The notes: generated by a model not told the origin, from the sequence alone. 64,000 nucleotides of DNA from Methylococcaceae bacterium (GCA_044370175.1 JBILVZ010000001.1:43579-107578); one strand, 5' to 3'; shown: positions 30,948 through 41,666, numbered from the stretch's first letter. Numbers and translations: made by a program.

Positions 30948-31613
30948 CTATGTATCACTAAAATTACCTAAAAGATCTCGTTCGAGTTCTTCGAAAAATT
31001 GAGTATCTATCCGCTGTACTATTGACTCATCAAGACTAATCACACCTTGTTCAGCAAGCTCTGCTAGAGCAGCATCAAGTTCTGCCATAGTCATTGCAAA
31101 TGGTGTAACATCATGAGCGCCTTCACTTGCGCTAGCTATATAGTCCAGTATTTGTTGCTTTTCCATCTGGGGTAATGAAAGTAGCATCACAGCAGCTAAA
31201 ACATGTTGCTGGTGGACGCTAAATCTCTCGGCTAACCAGGGAAATACTTGCTGGCTTGATTTGAAGTCCTCATGGATAGTTTGTGGCGTTTTCCCAGCTC
31301 TGACTACTCCATCAAGAAATGTAAAAAATGCGGTGTTACGATATATCTGGCCATTATTTAGAGAGATAACTCCGATTGCTGATGAAGCAAGTTTTTTCAA
31401 AATCTCCTCAATTTGTTCTCTTGAAAAAACTTCAATCTCAGATTCATAATTCAAAATTTCATACACATAGTCAATATCTTCGGAGTGTGAGTCGCCTACC
31501 AGAAGTGCGTACAACACTTTAATTTCATCTCGGCTCATATCTGCGAAGAGTTTTTGAAAGTCTATATTCTCTTCTTCAGGACTTGGATACTTAATATTTT
31601 CTGGAGGTTGCAT
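30948..31613 (-). CDS. Hypothetical protein with two internally repeated winged-helix-like units
   Basis: Repeated pattern ...L..LA..GVISL in both halves. Confidence 0.6.
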   Translation of the reverse strand: MQPPENIKYPSPEEENIDFQKLFADMSRDEIKVLYALLVGDSHSEDIDYVYEILNYESEIEVFSREQIEEILKKLASSAIGVISLNNGQIYRNTAFFTFLDGVVRAGKTPQTIHEDFKSSQQVFPWLAERFSVHQQHVLAAVMLLSLPQMEKQQILDYIASASEGAHDVTPFAMTMAELDAALAELAEQGVISLDESIVQRIDTQFFEELERDLLGNFSDT

Positions 31614-31634
31614 ACAAAGTTTCCTTCTAAAACT

Positions 31635-32144
31635 CTATTTCTTGCCAATTACTACTTTTGCGTGCTGGATTATTGCACCGTTGATCGAGTAGCCGCGCTT
31701 CACAATTTTAACCACAGCACCATCTGATTCCGTTGCACCATCCACCAAATCAACCACTTCCATCTCTAAAACATCATACGGCTTTCCCAAAACTTTGAGC
31801 TCTTGCAAACCATGATCTTCAAGAACACTCCATAACTTTTGTAAGACCATATCCAGAATTGGATTTTTAAGTTGCTCCGCAGTCATGCTCAAATGTTCGA
31901 GTGGTTCAAGCATGTCTTCAACTAATGCCTTGGTGGCAAATTTAGTTACGTGGGCTTTTTCTTCTCGTGAACGACGTTGGAGGTTTTGGTAGTCAGCTTG
32001 GGCACGCAATGCACTATCTTTGGCTTGGGCGATTTGCGCTTCAAGTTCTGCAATTTTATCGCTCAGCTGCGCAACTGCAGAATCTAGTTGTAGATCATCA
32101 TTTTGTGTTGGGGAAGTTTTTTTAGGTTCGTTCATACCGCTCAC
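31635..32144 (-). CDS. grpE: Nucleotide exchange factor GrpE
   Basis: LRAQADYQNLQRR, RGYSING, AKVVI. Confidence 0.95.
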   Translation of the reverse strand: MSGMNEPKKTSPTQNDDLQLDSAVAQLSDKIAELEAQIAQAKDSALRAQADYQNLQRRSREEKAHVTKFATKALVEDMLEPLEHLSMTAEQLKNPILDMVLQKLWSVLEDHGLQELKVLGKPYDVLEMEVVDLVDGATESDGAVVKIVKRGYSINGAIIQHAKVVIGKK

Positions 32145-32194
32145 TACTTTCTATTTTTACAGTTGGGCAAGTTACTACAATTTTTGGTGAGGAA

Positions 32195-32917
32195 TTACTC
32201 GACCATCTCTTTAACGAGTGAGCGAATATACTTCATCATCGGAATAATATACGCATAGTCGAATCTGCTTGAGCCAAGCACACCAATCTGGCAGTGACAA
32301 CCCTTGACCATAAAACTCATGTGGATCAAACCAATCGGCTCCAGATTTTTATTACCCAGTTCTGTGCCGTAAATCACATGCACTTGATTATCACTACTTG
32401 ATTGGGCAAAGATTTCTTGCATCACCTTGACTTCTTCGATCATGCTCAAGACCTGGCGCATGACGTTGATATCATAAAACTCAGGCATGTTGAGTAAGTT
32501 GGCGTGACCTGAGCTAATGATTCGTTTATCATTAAAGACAGTTAAGCCTAAGGCTTTTGATCTATCCGCTAAAACTTTAGTTAGTTCACTCAATAAGTCA
32601 TCAATTTCATTTTTTGTATGCCAAATTTTTTCTTTGGCAGATACTTCATCGGCAACTGTCAGCTCTTTCTCTTTCATGAGCTCATTAACATAGAGTTTGA
32701 GTGCAATCGGGGTTGGGACACGACCAGCACTACTGTGTGTTTTATTGAGATAGCCTTGTTTAGTAAGCTGCACCATCTCATTTCTGATGGTGGCAGGTGA
32801 AACACCAATATTGTATTTACGATCAATCGTATCAGAACCTACTGGCTCAGCAGTCTCGATGAACTCCTGAATAATAGCCCGTAGTATCTGAATTTGTCGC
32901 GCAGATAGGTCAATCAT
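32195..32917 (-). CDS. hrcA: Heat-inducible transcription repressor HrcA (short form)
   Basis: EPVGS, SPATIRNEM, HSSAGRVPT. Confidence 0.95.
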   Translation of the reverse strand: MIDLSARQIQILRAIIQEFIETAEPVGSDTIDRKYNIGVSPATIRNEMVQLTKQGYLNKTHSSAGRVPTPIALKLYVNELMKEKELTVADEVSAKEKIWHTKNEIDDLLSELTKVLADRSKALGLTVFNDKRIISSGHANLLNMPEFYDINVMRQVLSMIEEVKVMQEIFAQSSSDNQVHVIYGTELGNKNLEPIGLIHMSFMVKGCHCQIGVLGSSRFDYAYIIPMMKYIRSLVKEMVE

Positions 32918-32965
32918 AGGTTGTAACAATTAGTACGTACGTTCTACAGCAAAAAATGCTGCTCT

Positions 32966-32992
32966 TTAGCAATAATATAGCGCCTTTGCTAA
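32966..32992 (-). promoter_or_regulatory. CIRCE-like operator within the hrcA promoter
   Basis: Plus strand TTAGCAATA-N9-CTTTGCTAA overlapping TTGACA-N17-TATTAT on the minus strand. Confidence 0.75.
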
Positions 32993-33033
32993 ATTGTCAA
33001 ATTTGGAAAACTGTGTCACTATGGTAGATACTT

Positions 33034-34449
33034 ATGTTTCGTCATACCCAGTATCGCAGTTCAGCTCGGTCAATCATTTGGAAAAGTATTGGTTTAGTAG
33101 TCGTCAGTGCAGCCTTGCTCGGAGGTATTTTTGGGATCAATACGGTTCGTGAGTACATTTCTCGTGCAAACTCTGAACCAGCAAATATAACTATAGATAC
33201 TAAAGTAGTAATCGGCCCACTACCTCGACCTTGGCGATACCTGGCGCAAGGCGGTGAAGAAGCGGACTGGCGAATTCAGCCAATCAATAAACAAGTCAAA
33301 GCACTCAACCCAGCCTACATTCGCATCGACCATATCTACGACTTCTACGATATAGTCAAAGGCACTTCTGGTAATTTAAGTTTTGATTTCTCTAAGTTTG
33401 ATGTAATTTTGAATGACATTGCTGCTACTGGGGCAAAACCCTATATTGCACTCTCCTATATGCCACCCGCCATTAGTAGCGGTGATATTGTGGCAGCTCC
33501 GCAAAACTATGCAGACTGGCAGGTAGTGGTGCAACGCACCATTGAACACGTCAGTGGTACACGAGGAATCAGTGATGTTTACTATGAAGTCTGGAATGAG
33601 CCCGATTTATTTGGCGGATGGAAAACCTACGGCAGCAAAAACTACCTCCAGCTCTACGGTGCAGCTGCACGCGGGGCACAAAGTGCTCGAGTTTCCCAAC
33701 CCTTTAAGATTGGTGGTCCGGCCATAACAGCCCTCTATAAAAATTGGTTTGATGCACTCCTCACCTATGCATCAGAAAATAACCTGCGACTCGACTTCTT
33801 TTCCTGGCATCGCTACTCTAATGATCTTGATCAGTTCCGCAAAGATATGTTTGAAGTTCAGAGTTGGATTGCCAAGTATCCCCAGTATCAACCCACTCTA
33901 GAATTTCACGTCAGTGAGTGGGGGCATGATAGTAAAAATCATCCCGGCTACGATTCAAGTTTTGGAGCTGCTCACACCGTCGCAGGTGCTATCGAGATGA
34001 TTGGGGTTGTTGACAAAGCATTTGTGTTTGAGATACAAGATGGCAAAGATCCTGCTGGGCAAGCATTTTGGGGACGCTGGGGTATGTTGACACATCGTGA
34101 CTTTGGATCTCAACAGAAACCAAGATATAAGGGGATGTTACTCCTAGAAGATCTAGGTTATGAGCGACTGCAGTTACTGGGGAAAGGGACCTACGTCAAA
34201 GCAGTAGCCGCACGTAAAAGTCAGACTCTCTTTCAGGTTCTATTGGCCAATTATGACCCAAGAGCACAAAATATTGAGACTGTCCCTGTCACCTTTCAAA
34301 ATGTTGAGCCAGGTACCTACAGAGTCACCAAAACATACATCAGTAGAGCTAAAGAAGTATCAACTGTAGCAACTACTGAGTTAGGTTTACAGATAACAGT
34401 CCCGCTCAATGTATCTGAGGTCGCACTTGTAGCGGTAGAAAAACTGTAA
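33034..34449 (+). CDS. Membrane-anchored glycoside hydrolase, GH39-like
   Basis: YYEVWNEPD (acid/base), KIGGPA, DFFSWHRY, HVSEW (nucleophile); N-terminal TM. Confidence 0.88.
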   Translation: MFRHTQYRSSARSIIWKSIGLVVVSAALLGGIFGINTVREYISRANSEPANITIDTKVVIGPLPRPWRYLAQGGEEADWRIQPINKQVKALNPAYIRIDHIYDFYDIVKGTSGNLSFDFSKFDVILNDIAATGAKPYIALSYMPPAISSGDIVAAPQNYADWQVVVQRTIEHVSGTRGISDVYYEVWNEPDLFGGWKTYGSKNYLQLYGAAARGAQSARVSQPFKIGGPAITALYKNWFDALLTYASENNLRLDFFSWHRYSNDLDQFRKDMFEVQSWIAKYPQYQPTLEFHVSEWGHDSKNHPGYDSSFGAAHTVAGAIEMIGVVDKAFVFEIQDGKDPAGQAFWGRWGMLTHRDFGSQQKPRYKGMLLLEDLGYERLQLLGKGTYVKAVAARKSQTLFQVLLANYDPRAQNIETVPVTFQNVEPGTYRVTKTYISRAKEVSTVATTELGLQITVPLNVSEVALVAVEKL

Positions 34450-34458
34450 CCGCGAGCG

Positions 34459-34908
34459 TTAGTTAGCTTTACTAGCAAGCCCCGATGCGATAGTTGTATG
34501 TTTAGCACAAACACAGAGCTGCTCAACAGTTTGTGTAGTACCCCTTGCCTGTTCTGAAGGTGTCTTGATCGTCAGTGTATAGATTTTCTTGTCCCAGCCG
34601 ATAACCGCTTCCCCACAAAGTTGACAGTGAATCGCTACGGTCATCTGTTCAATTGGACAACCTGGTGGCACTAACATACCCCAGTGGGTTTTGTGAAAGC
34701 GCCAACCAGTTGTAAACAATGCTTCTACTGTCTGGATGCTCGTGAAATCTGGGGTCACTAGAGCTTTTTCTGTGACATATGAGTGTATACGTGCTTCAAG
34801 CTTTTCTCGGCTCAAAAGTACCGCTTGCGAAAATAAAGGTACTTCACGAGCCAACATCGTCCAAAAACCTGGAAATGTACAGATGTCTTCAGCTCGTTCC
34901 ACCATCAT
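34459..34908 (-). CDS. Hypothetical protein, possible Zn site (CQLC...CAKH)
   Basis: 149-aa ORF just downstream of the GT4 gene. Confidence 0.45.
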   Translation of the reverse strand: MMVERAEDICTFPGFWTMLAREVPLFSQAVLLSREKLEARIHSYVTEKALVTPDFTSIQTVEALFTTGWRFHKTHWGMLVPPGCPIEQMTVAIHCQLCGEAVIGWDKKIYTLTIKTPSEQARGTTQTVEQLCVCAKHTTIASGLASKAN

Positions 34909-34920
34909 ATGGTTTACTAT

Positions 34921-36012
34921 CTACCGATACACGCTGTCGATAAACGTCTTTATTTTCTTTTTAAACTGCTTCTTTTCGAATTGTAACGCATGGTGCTGAA
35001 TCTGAGCAATATTAAATTTTTGCCTACTAAAGACTTGTAGTGCTTCCCACAGACCCGCTTCATCTAACTGGTCAAACAACACACCAGTTTTTCCCTGTAC
35101 CACAGTTTCTTGAGGACCACCTGAGTTGTGAGCAATCACTGGCACTCCATGTCCCATTGCCTCAACAGGTACGATCCCGAAATCTTCATCTTCCACTGGA
35201 TACAGCAGTGCTTGCGCTCCCTCATACAATGTATGGAGCGTTTCATCCGAAACCGCTCCCATAAACTGTACCGTTGGACCTGCTTCTGCCTCGAGAGCTT
35301 GGCGTAGTTTGCCATCGCCAACTACTCGAAGTGGCAAGCCGTGCTCGGTGCAGACACGCACTGCCAATTCAGGATGTTTTGCAAAAGCAAGGCGATTGAC
35401 GTAGAGATAGTACGTTTTCTCTCTATCTTTTTTACTTTGTTGAGGAATATCGACTGGTGGATAAATAATTTCTGCGCTACGACGGTAAAACTTTTGAATA
35501 CGAGCGGCTGTTTCTGCTGAGTTGGCAATAAAATAGTCAACTTGTTGCGAAACCTTGAAGTCAACTACACGTAGATAATGATTTATGAGTGCACCAGCTA
35601 CCCGCAGCAGTGGATTTTGCTTCCAATCACTCATGGTGGCATAGCCATATAAAGCACGTGGCGGGGTGTGACAGTAGCAAATATGTGTACCATTTGGAAC
35701 CTGAACTGCCTTGGCGTAGTAGGCATTAGAAGATGAAATCACGATATCATACTCTGAAAGATCCAGTGTTTGAAACGCACGTGGGGCAAGAACTCGGTAC
35801 GGCGAGTACAGTTTTTTATAGAACGGCAGTTTGGTAAGCCAAGTTTCACGAATGTCCCAATCCTTGAATCGATCCCAGTGGATACCCAACGACTGGGCAT
35901 CTACAAATGCAGTGTAGACCGGGGCATCAGGGTAGAGCTCATGGAGCGCTTCCAGAACACGCTCAGCACCACCATACTCAAGGAGATAATCATGAACTAA
36001 TGCAACTTTCAT
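34921..36012 (-). CDS. GT4 glycosyltransferase
   Basis: VHDYL...GGAERV, YCHTPPR, EDFGIVPVEAM. Confidence 0.95.
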   Translation of the reverse strand: MKVALVHDYLLEYGGAERVLEALHELYPDAPVYTAFVDAQSLGIHWDRFKDWDIRETWLTKLPFYKKLYSPYRVLAPRAFQTLDLSEYDIVISSSNAYYAKAVQVPNGTHICYCHTPPRALYGYATMSDWKQNPLLRVAGALINHYLRVVDFKVSQQVDYFIANSAETAARIQKFYRRSAEIIYPPVDIPQQSKKDREKTYYLYVNRLAFAKHPELAVRVCTEHGLPLRVVGDGKLRQALEAEAGPTVQFMGAVSDETLHTLYEGAQALLYPVEDEDFGIVPVEAMGHGVPVIAHNSGGPQETVVQGKTGVLFDQLDEAGLWEALQVFSRQKFNIAQIQHHALQFEKKQFKKKIKTFIDSVYR

Positions 36013-36050
36013 CTCCCCCTATTGTACTGTACTTTTGAGTGCTACAGAAA

Positions 36051-37022
36051 TTAGAATAAGGCATCTTGTACACCTGACTCAAAGGTGTCATCAGGTAAGA
36101 GTGGGACAAGTGACTTAAAATCTAGTTCTTCAAAAAGTTTTACGGTTTGCTCCTTGTCATAATCCGAGACACGACATGGCTCCAACGTAAATTTTATAGG
36201 CACGATACGATCTATTTTGGCAAGTTTTTGACTTAAAAATGCGTTTTCTTTATCCTGTATGAGGTTTTGCAGGACAGCGCCTTTTATAACTGGATCTTTT
36301 TGGGTAGGATCAGCCTGGAGGTACGAAACTCGCTCATAGACGCTTGCCAGTGATCCAAACGTCGTGACCAAGGTAACAGCGGTCTTTGCGCCGATTCCTT
36401 TTACTCCAGGGATGTTATCTGAAGTATCGCCCATGAGTGCTTTGAGATCTACCACTTGGGTCGGGGTCACACCCATTTTTTCAACAACTTCTTGTGCTCC
36501 GTACTCAATATTGCCACCAAATTTATTACGTGCTGGAATCCAAACATGTGTTGTCTCATCGACCAACTGCAACAGATCTTTATCGCCAGTCACCACCAAG
36601 TTATGTACCTGACAACTACTCTCAAGCACCGACAGTCGAGTGACGGTACCAATCAAATCATCTGCTTCATACCCTTCCAACTCAAACTGCGGGATATTGA
36701 GCGCACTGACAACATCCTTCACTATTTGGATCTGGTGTTTGAGCTCTTCTGGCATTGGGGCGCGGTGAGCCTTATATGCTGTATACTCTTGAGCACGGAG
36801 CGTAGGTCCTTTGTGATCAAATGCAATCGCAATAAATTCTGGTTCATACTCAGAAATGGCTGTGAGTAAGATTCTAGTAAAACCATACACAGCATTAACC
36901 AATCGACCATCTGGAGCAGTTAGACCTGGAAACGCATGGTAGGCCCGGTAAATTAGACCGTGTCCATCAACGACCATAAATCGGGTAACTTTGCCAGTAG
37001 TGCTGTCGAGTTCTTCTTCCAT
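36051..37022 (-). CDS. Stand-alone 5'-3' exonuclease (DNA polymerase I N-terminal domain)
   Basis: VDGHGLIYRAYHA, YKAHR, EADDLIGT, TGDKDLLQL, GDTSDNIPGVKGIGAKTA; no polymerase domain. Confidence 0.93.
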   Translation of the reverse strand: MEEELDSTTGKVTRFMVVDGHGLIYRAYHAFPGLTAPDGRLVNAVYGFTRILLTAISEYEPEFIAIAFDHKGPTLRAQEYTAYKAHRAPMPEELKHQIQIVKDVVSALNIPQFELEGYEADDLIGTVTRLSVLESSCQVHNLVVTGDKDLLQLVDETTHVWIPARNKFGGNIEYGAQEVVEKMGVTPTQVVDLKALMGDTSDNIPGVKGIGAKTAVTLVTTFGSLASVYERVSYLQADPTQKDPVIKGAVLQNLIQDKENAFLSQKLAKIDRIVPIKFTLEPCRVSDYDKEQTVKLFEELDFKSLVPLLPDDTFESGVQDALF

Positions 37023-37077
37023 GAGTGTGAGTGTACCACAAGGAGGTGTGGATTGTCCCTTTTACAGCAGCATCTCA

Positions 37078-37719
37078 TTATGTAAATAAACTGCTAAAAA
37101 AATCTTGATCGGGTTTTGTCCAACCATGACGATCTTCTTTCTTATGTCTTTGCTTTTTTTTGTTTGCTTTTTGGAGTTCATTTTCATGCAGTTGTTGCTC
37201 AATTAAGTCAAGTCCATTATTTATATCTCTGTGCAGATCAAAGTACAATCGCTCTGGGTCAATAATGAGATCTTTTGAAAAAATTCCCATCTGCCAACTT
37301 ACTACTTTGACCATCAGTGCTGATGGGCTTTCATCTTGTTGCAATCCATCAGGGGTACCAATCATTTTATACAGATGCACTTTCTGTGTCTGAGGATTAA
37401 ATACAATCAAGTAGTCAGTATCTTTTGCAAATTTCCTCTTAAATTCGGGGAGATTCAGTTGCTCAAAGTTTTCTTGTGCTACTGTTTTAGTATTCAACAT
37501 CTGAGTAGCTAGAATTGAATGAACTAGCAACAACACTCTACCAATTCTATCTTTGGCGAGAAAGGTGATCATGAAGTCTGCAGATCTCAGTTCAGCTTGC
37601 AACAGGGCAATCATCACTGATGCAGATAGCGCAGCTTCTTGATTGCTGTTAACTTCTCCTTTGTTTTGGTTATCATCAGGAGTAACGCCACTTTCATTTG
37701 ATTCTGGATATCTTGACAT
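37078..37719 (-). CDS. Hypothetical protein
   Basis: 213-aa ORF whose start overlaps the ftsH stop. Confidence 0.55.
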   Translation of the reverse strand: MSRYPESNESGVTPDDNQNKGEVNSNQEAALSASVMIALLQAELRSADFMITFLAKDRIGRVLLLVHSILATQMLNTKTVAQENFEQLNLPEFKRKFAKDTDYLIVFNPQTQKVHLYKMIGTPDGLQQDESPSALMVKVVSWQMGIFSKDLIIDPERLYFDLHRDINNGLDLIEQQLHENELQKANKKKQRHKKEDRHGWTKPDQDFFSSLFT

Positions 37720-39638
37720 TAGGTACTCATTTTTGCTTTTGGCAGGTTCATCAGTTCTGTAAACTCATCACCATCTAAACTCTCAATATCTAAAAGTTTG
37801 AGTGAGACAACATCAAGTTCTTTTTTATACTTCTTGAGAATATCCAGTGATCGTTTCTTGCCAGCTTCAATTAACTGTAGAACTTCTGCATCTACTTTTT
37901 CCTGAAGTGCTTCAGAAATTTTTTGTGGATCACCCCATGAGCGACTATAGTTCATATCGTACTGTGGAGAGAAGTTCATTGGGCCAAGTGGGCTCATACC
38001 ATAATCCATCACCATCGCACGAGCTATTCTGGTGGCCCGTTCAATATCACTACTCGCTCCCGCCGTTAGCTCCTTGAAAATCAGCTCCTCTGCAGCACGA
38101 CCACCGAGTAGAACCGCAATTTCATCTATCAGCTCTGATTTGGTGGTCTGAACTTTATCTTTTTCTGGTGGAGTTAAGGTAAAGCCAAGCGCCTGGCCAC
38201 GAGAAACAATGGAGATACGATGAACTGGATCAGCATGTGGCGAGACATGGGCAACAATAGCATGCCCTGCTTCATGATAGGCAGTCATTTTACGTTCATA
38301 CTCATCATGTAATCGCTTTTTACTTGGTCCAAGTTTCACTTTCAGTGATGCTTCTTCAATATCATCGCTCGTAATTTCTTCTCTATTTTCGCGAGCGACT
38401 GCAATTGCTGCTTCATTGAGCATGTTTTCGATATCTGCTCCAGAAAACCCAACCGTTCGGCGAGCAACTTTTTCCCAGTTTACCAATTTTGCAAATGGTT
38501 TTTTCTGAGCATGAATGGAGAGAATATATTTTCGCTCTTCAAGATCTGGCAAACTGACAGTAACGCGACGATCAAAGCGACCAGGCCGTACCAGCGCTGG
38601 ATCGAGCATATCTCCACGGTTGGTAGCAGCCATGACAATCACATTATCATTTGGAGTAAAGCCATCCATTTCTACTAAAATCTGATTTAATGTTTGTTCG
38701 CGCTCATCATGTCCACCCATACTGCCATGACCACGAACGCGTCCAATTGCATCAATTTCATCTATAAAAATAATTGCTGGAGCCAACTTCTTGGCAGTTG
38801 CAAATAAATCACGCGCACGAGACGCACCTACACCGACCAGCATTTCCATAAACTCACTACCTGCAATTGATAAGAATTGAACATTGGCTTCACCAGCTAC
38901 CGCTCGAGCAAGCAGCGTTTTACCAGTACCAGCTGGCCCTACCAGTAAGACACCTTTTGGAGTGCGTGCGCCAACCTTTTTGTATTTGCGTGGATCACGC
39001 AGGAAGTCAACAATTTCTTCAAGTTCTCGCTTTGCTTCATCCATTCCACCCACATCTTTAAAGTTAATATTTTGTTTACCCTTTACAAACAGCTTTGCTT
39101 TACTGCGCCCAATACCCATAATGCCATCTTGAGCACCACGAGCTTGGCGGAAAATAAAGAAGAGCACCCCCACCATCAGGATAATGGGTAGTAGCGTCAA
39201 AAGTAGATCCCAGAGCATATTCCAGCCTGAAACAGTTGCCACATCAATATTGGTAGTATTGAGGTCAATATCAGCTGCTGAAAAAACAGCAACTAACTCT
39301 TGGCCTTCTTCTTTTCGGGCAGTTTTTTTTGTATTGTCGTTGTAGCTGATGTTTAAATCGTTGCCAGAGACTTCAATTTTTTTAATTTCTTGATCTCGCA
39401 CATCTTGTATCATTTCTGATAAGGAAATGCGCTGTGTTTCGCCCCTTGAGAAGAGTGAAAAGAGCATCGGCAAGAACAGTAACCCAATAAATACATAGAG
39501 CAATCCCTTGCTCCAGCTCGGGCCAAAATCGAGAGGCATCATCCCAATACGTTTAGAACCATTTTTTTGCGATGTTGTGTTTGGGACCTCTGGGGGAGTG
39601 GGAGTTTTCGTTGGTACTTTTTCAGGTTGTTTTGCCAT
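37719..39638 (-). CDS. ftsH: ATP-dependent zinc metalloprotease FtsH
   Basis: Two TMs, [27 protein letters not shown]. Confidence 0.98.
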   Translation of the reverse strand: MAKQPEKVPTKTPTPPEVPNTTSQKNGSKRIGMMPLDFGPSWSKGLLYVFIGLLFLPMLFSLFSRGETQRISLSEMIQDVRDQEIKKIEVSGNDLNISYNDNTKKTARKEEGQELVAVFSAADIDLNTTNIDVATVSGWNMLWDLLLTLLPIILMVGVLFFIFRQARGAQDGIMGIGRSKAKLFVKGKQNINFKDVGGMDEAKRELEEIVDFLRDPRKYKKVGARTPKGVLLVGPAGTGKTLLARAVAGEANVQFLSIAGSEFMEMLVGVGASRARDLFATAKKLAPAIIFIDEIDAIGRVRGHGSMGGHDEREQTLNQILVEMDGFTPNDNVIVMAATNRGDMLDPALVRPGRFDRRVTVSLPDLEERKYILSIHAQKKPFAKLVNWEKVARRTVGFSGADIENMLNEAAIAVARENREEITSDDIEEASLKVKLGPSKKRLHDEYERKMTAYHEAGHAIVAHVSPHADPVHRISIVSRGQALGFTLTPPEKDKVQTTKSELIDEIAVLLGGRAAEELIFKELTAGASSDIERATRIARAMVMDYGMSPLGPMNFSPQYDMNYSRSWGDPQKISEALQEKVDAEVLQLIEAGKKRSLDILKKYKKELDVVSLKLLDIESLDGDEFTELMNLPKAKMST

Positions 39639-39728
39639 AATTCCTCAAGCCTACTAATCGTAAGATTGGCACATTTTAACATATAAGTGGAATTATTACT
39701 GGTAAGATTTTCGTAAAATCTAGCCTAT

Positions 39729-40079
39729 TTAGCGGACAATCTCGCCACTTGTAAGTGATTTGTCTGGATGTACCAATGCGGCATCGACGCCACCCGCTGC
39801 AATAATCATTCCTTGACTCTCAACACCTCTGATGGTGCGAGGTTCTAGATTGGCTAGATAGAGGACTTGTTTACCCACTAGATCCTCTGGTCTGTACCAA
39901 GGCTTTATGCCTGAAGCAACGGTACGCTGCCCAAGCTCCCCAACATCTAGCAGCAGCTTGAGTAGCTTATCTGCACCCTCAATTTCGCAAGCCTCCAAAA
40001 CAGTAGCCACTCGAATATCGAGTTTGGCAAAGTCAGCATATACTATAGTTGGTTTTTTTGGTGATTCGGCTATTTGCAT
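39729..40079 (-). CDS. tRNA-binding OB-fold protein (Trbp111/MetG C-terminal/CsaA-like)
   Basis: DFAKLDIRVA, ADKLL, NLEPRTIRGVESQGM. Confidence 0.92.
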   Translation of the reverse strand: MQIAESPKKPTIVYADFAKLDIRVATVLEACEIEGADKLLKLLLDVGELGQRTVASGIKPWYRPEDLVGKQVLYLANLEPRTIRGVESQGMIIAAGGVDAALVHPDKSLTSGEIVR

Positions 40080-40122
40080 AGTTCATTTTGTACGTATATC
40101 ATTGGCACCTAAATGCAAAGAA

Positions 40123-40143
40123 AAAGACCGATATACGGTCTTT
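40123..40143. terminator. Intrinsic terminator downstream of the trpS unit
   Basis: AAAGACCG-atata-CGGTCTTT with T-run on the minus strand. Confidence 0.7.
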
Positions 40144-40226
40144 AAATTTGACCATTAGATCACAAACAGAGTTATTCTACTGCTAAACTTTAGTACTGTA
40201 CAGTGATAGTTTGCTCGCCTGGCCTG

Positions 40227-40460
40227 TTAGGTTCGTCTCGTCAATAAGTAAAAGTTTAATACACTTTCGTCAGATCGTGAGAACATTGGTTTATCGAGGT
40301 TATTTTCGACTACACCTGAATTTCCTAGGCTGTGTTTTAGCCACACCATAGTCCCAGCCACACCTACTACTCCTGCCCACAGAAGAATATACTGCCACAA
40401 CCCTCGTTCACTTTTCACTCTTTCCAATGGGTGAGATCCAGTTTCTTGCTGTTGCATCAA
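40227..40460 (-). CDS. Small single-TM hypothetical protein
   Basis: 77 aa, one hydrophobic helix, directly after the trpS stop. Confidence 0.4.
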   Translation of the reverse strand: MMQQQETGSHPLERVKSERGLWQYILLWAGVVGVAGTMVWLKHSLGNSGVVENNLDKPMFSRSDESVLNFYLLTRRT

Positions 40461-41540
40461 TTATCCTAACCCCATTGCTTCTCGTACTTTTTGTACTGTT
40501 TCTTGAGCAATGGCACGGGCGCGGGCGGCTCCAGACTCGATTACCTCCGTCACATAGGCCGGGTCTGCCTCGAGTTGGGCGCGTTTTTCTTGCATGGGTT
40601 GTAGTTCAGCAAAAATTGCTGCAGCAAGCTCTTTTTTCAAATCGCCATAGCGCAACCCAGTGCTTTCGTAGAGCGTTTCATACTCTGCACGCTTTGCAGA
40701 ACCCTGGAAGAGCTCAACAAACTCTAGCAGACTTTTCACCCCAGGTGACTCACTCCCCAGCTGATCATGGTACTCGACAGTTACTTTGCCTTTTTCATTT
40801 GCGTGGCGGCTAATGCTACCTGTACCTGAGTCAGTAGGAGCACTAGAGAGCCGCTTGGTGATAGTAGACAAATCATCAGTCAAGTTTATAAAACTACCTT
40901 CTACACTTTTGCTCATCTTGCCCTCACCCCGCAGTGATGGTACGTACTCACCCTGTGTTGCAAAGCGTTGTGGCTCAGGAAAGTCCAGACCATATGCTTC
41001 GTTCATCTTGCGTGCTACTTCACGCGCAACTTCCAGATGTGGCTCTTGATCAATCCCCACAGGCACAAGGCCAGCCTTATATACCAAAATATCAGCACTC
41101 ATCAAGATTGGGTAGTTGAGCAGTGCCATTGTGGCATGGTCTGGATACTGCTTCACTTTGTCTTTAAATGTAGGTAGGTGCTGCATCCGTGCAATACTCA
41201 TTAGAGATGAAAAATAAAATGAAAGTTCAGTGTGTTGTGGCACCATGGACTGCAAAAAAATGATGGATTTTTCAGGGTCAAGACCGGCCGCCAAGTAGTC
41301 TAAAATAACTTGCCTGCGGTTATCACGCAGCTCAGCTACTCTGTAGGGCGTCGTAATGGTGTGGATATCTGCTACCATGTACAAAGTCTCTATATTTTGA
41401 TCTTTTTGCAACTCAAGCATGCCTTCGACGGCACCCAGATAGTTACCTAGATGTAACCGACCAGTGGCACGAATTCCAGATAGGACGCGTTTTTTAGCAG
41501 TTGTGTTGTAATTGTTTTGTTCAGTTGGTGTGTTATTCAT
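40461..41540 (-). CDS. trpS: Tryptophan--tRNA ligase
   Basis: SGIRATGRLHLGNY, YPILMSADIL, VPVGIDQ, KMSKS. Confidence 0.98.
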   Translation of the reverse strand: MNNTPTEQNNYNTTAKKRVLSGIRATGRLHLGNYLGAVEGMLELQKDQNIETLYMVADIHTITTPYRVAELRDNRRQVILDYLAAGLDPEKSIIFLQSMVPQHTELSFYFSSLMSIARMQHLPTFKDKVKQYPDHATMALLNYPILMSADILVYKAGLVPVGIDQEPHLEVAREVARKMNEAYGLDFPEPQRFATQGEYVPSLRGEGKMSKSVEGSFINLTDDLSTITKRLSSAPTDSGTGSISRHANEKGKVTVEYHDQLGSESPGVKSLLEFVELFQGSAKRAEYETLYESTGLRYGDLKKELAAAIFAELQPMQEKRAQLEADPAYVTEVIESGAARARAIAQETVQKVREAMGLG

Positions 41541-41613
41541 AATTTCTTTCTTAATTGTGCTTTATTACTTGATTGTACTTGGTTTAAATCTCTTTTACAG
41601 ACCCGCGAGCTAC

Positions 41614-41634
41614 AAAAAAACCCGCTGTGGCGGG
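41614..41634 (-). terminator. Attenuator terminator (3:4 hairpin) upstream of trpS
   Basis: CCCGC-caca-GCGGG-TTTTTTT. Confidence 0.85.
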
Positions 41635-41666
41635 AGATTTTTACATACAAAAAAAATACTCTCGCC

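Noticed and set aside
39660-39722. Repeated GTAAGATT/GTAAAATC words upstream of ftsH, also near 52041
   Set aside because: Short and AT-rich, and spacing is inconsistent between sites; cannot be distinguished from chance
40177-40186. CIRCE-like half-site (TTAGCAGTA on the minus strand)
   Set aside because: No partner half-site at 9-bp spacing and no heat-shock gene downstream
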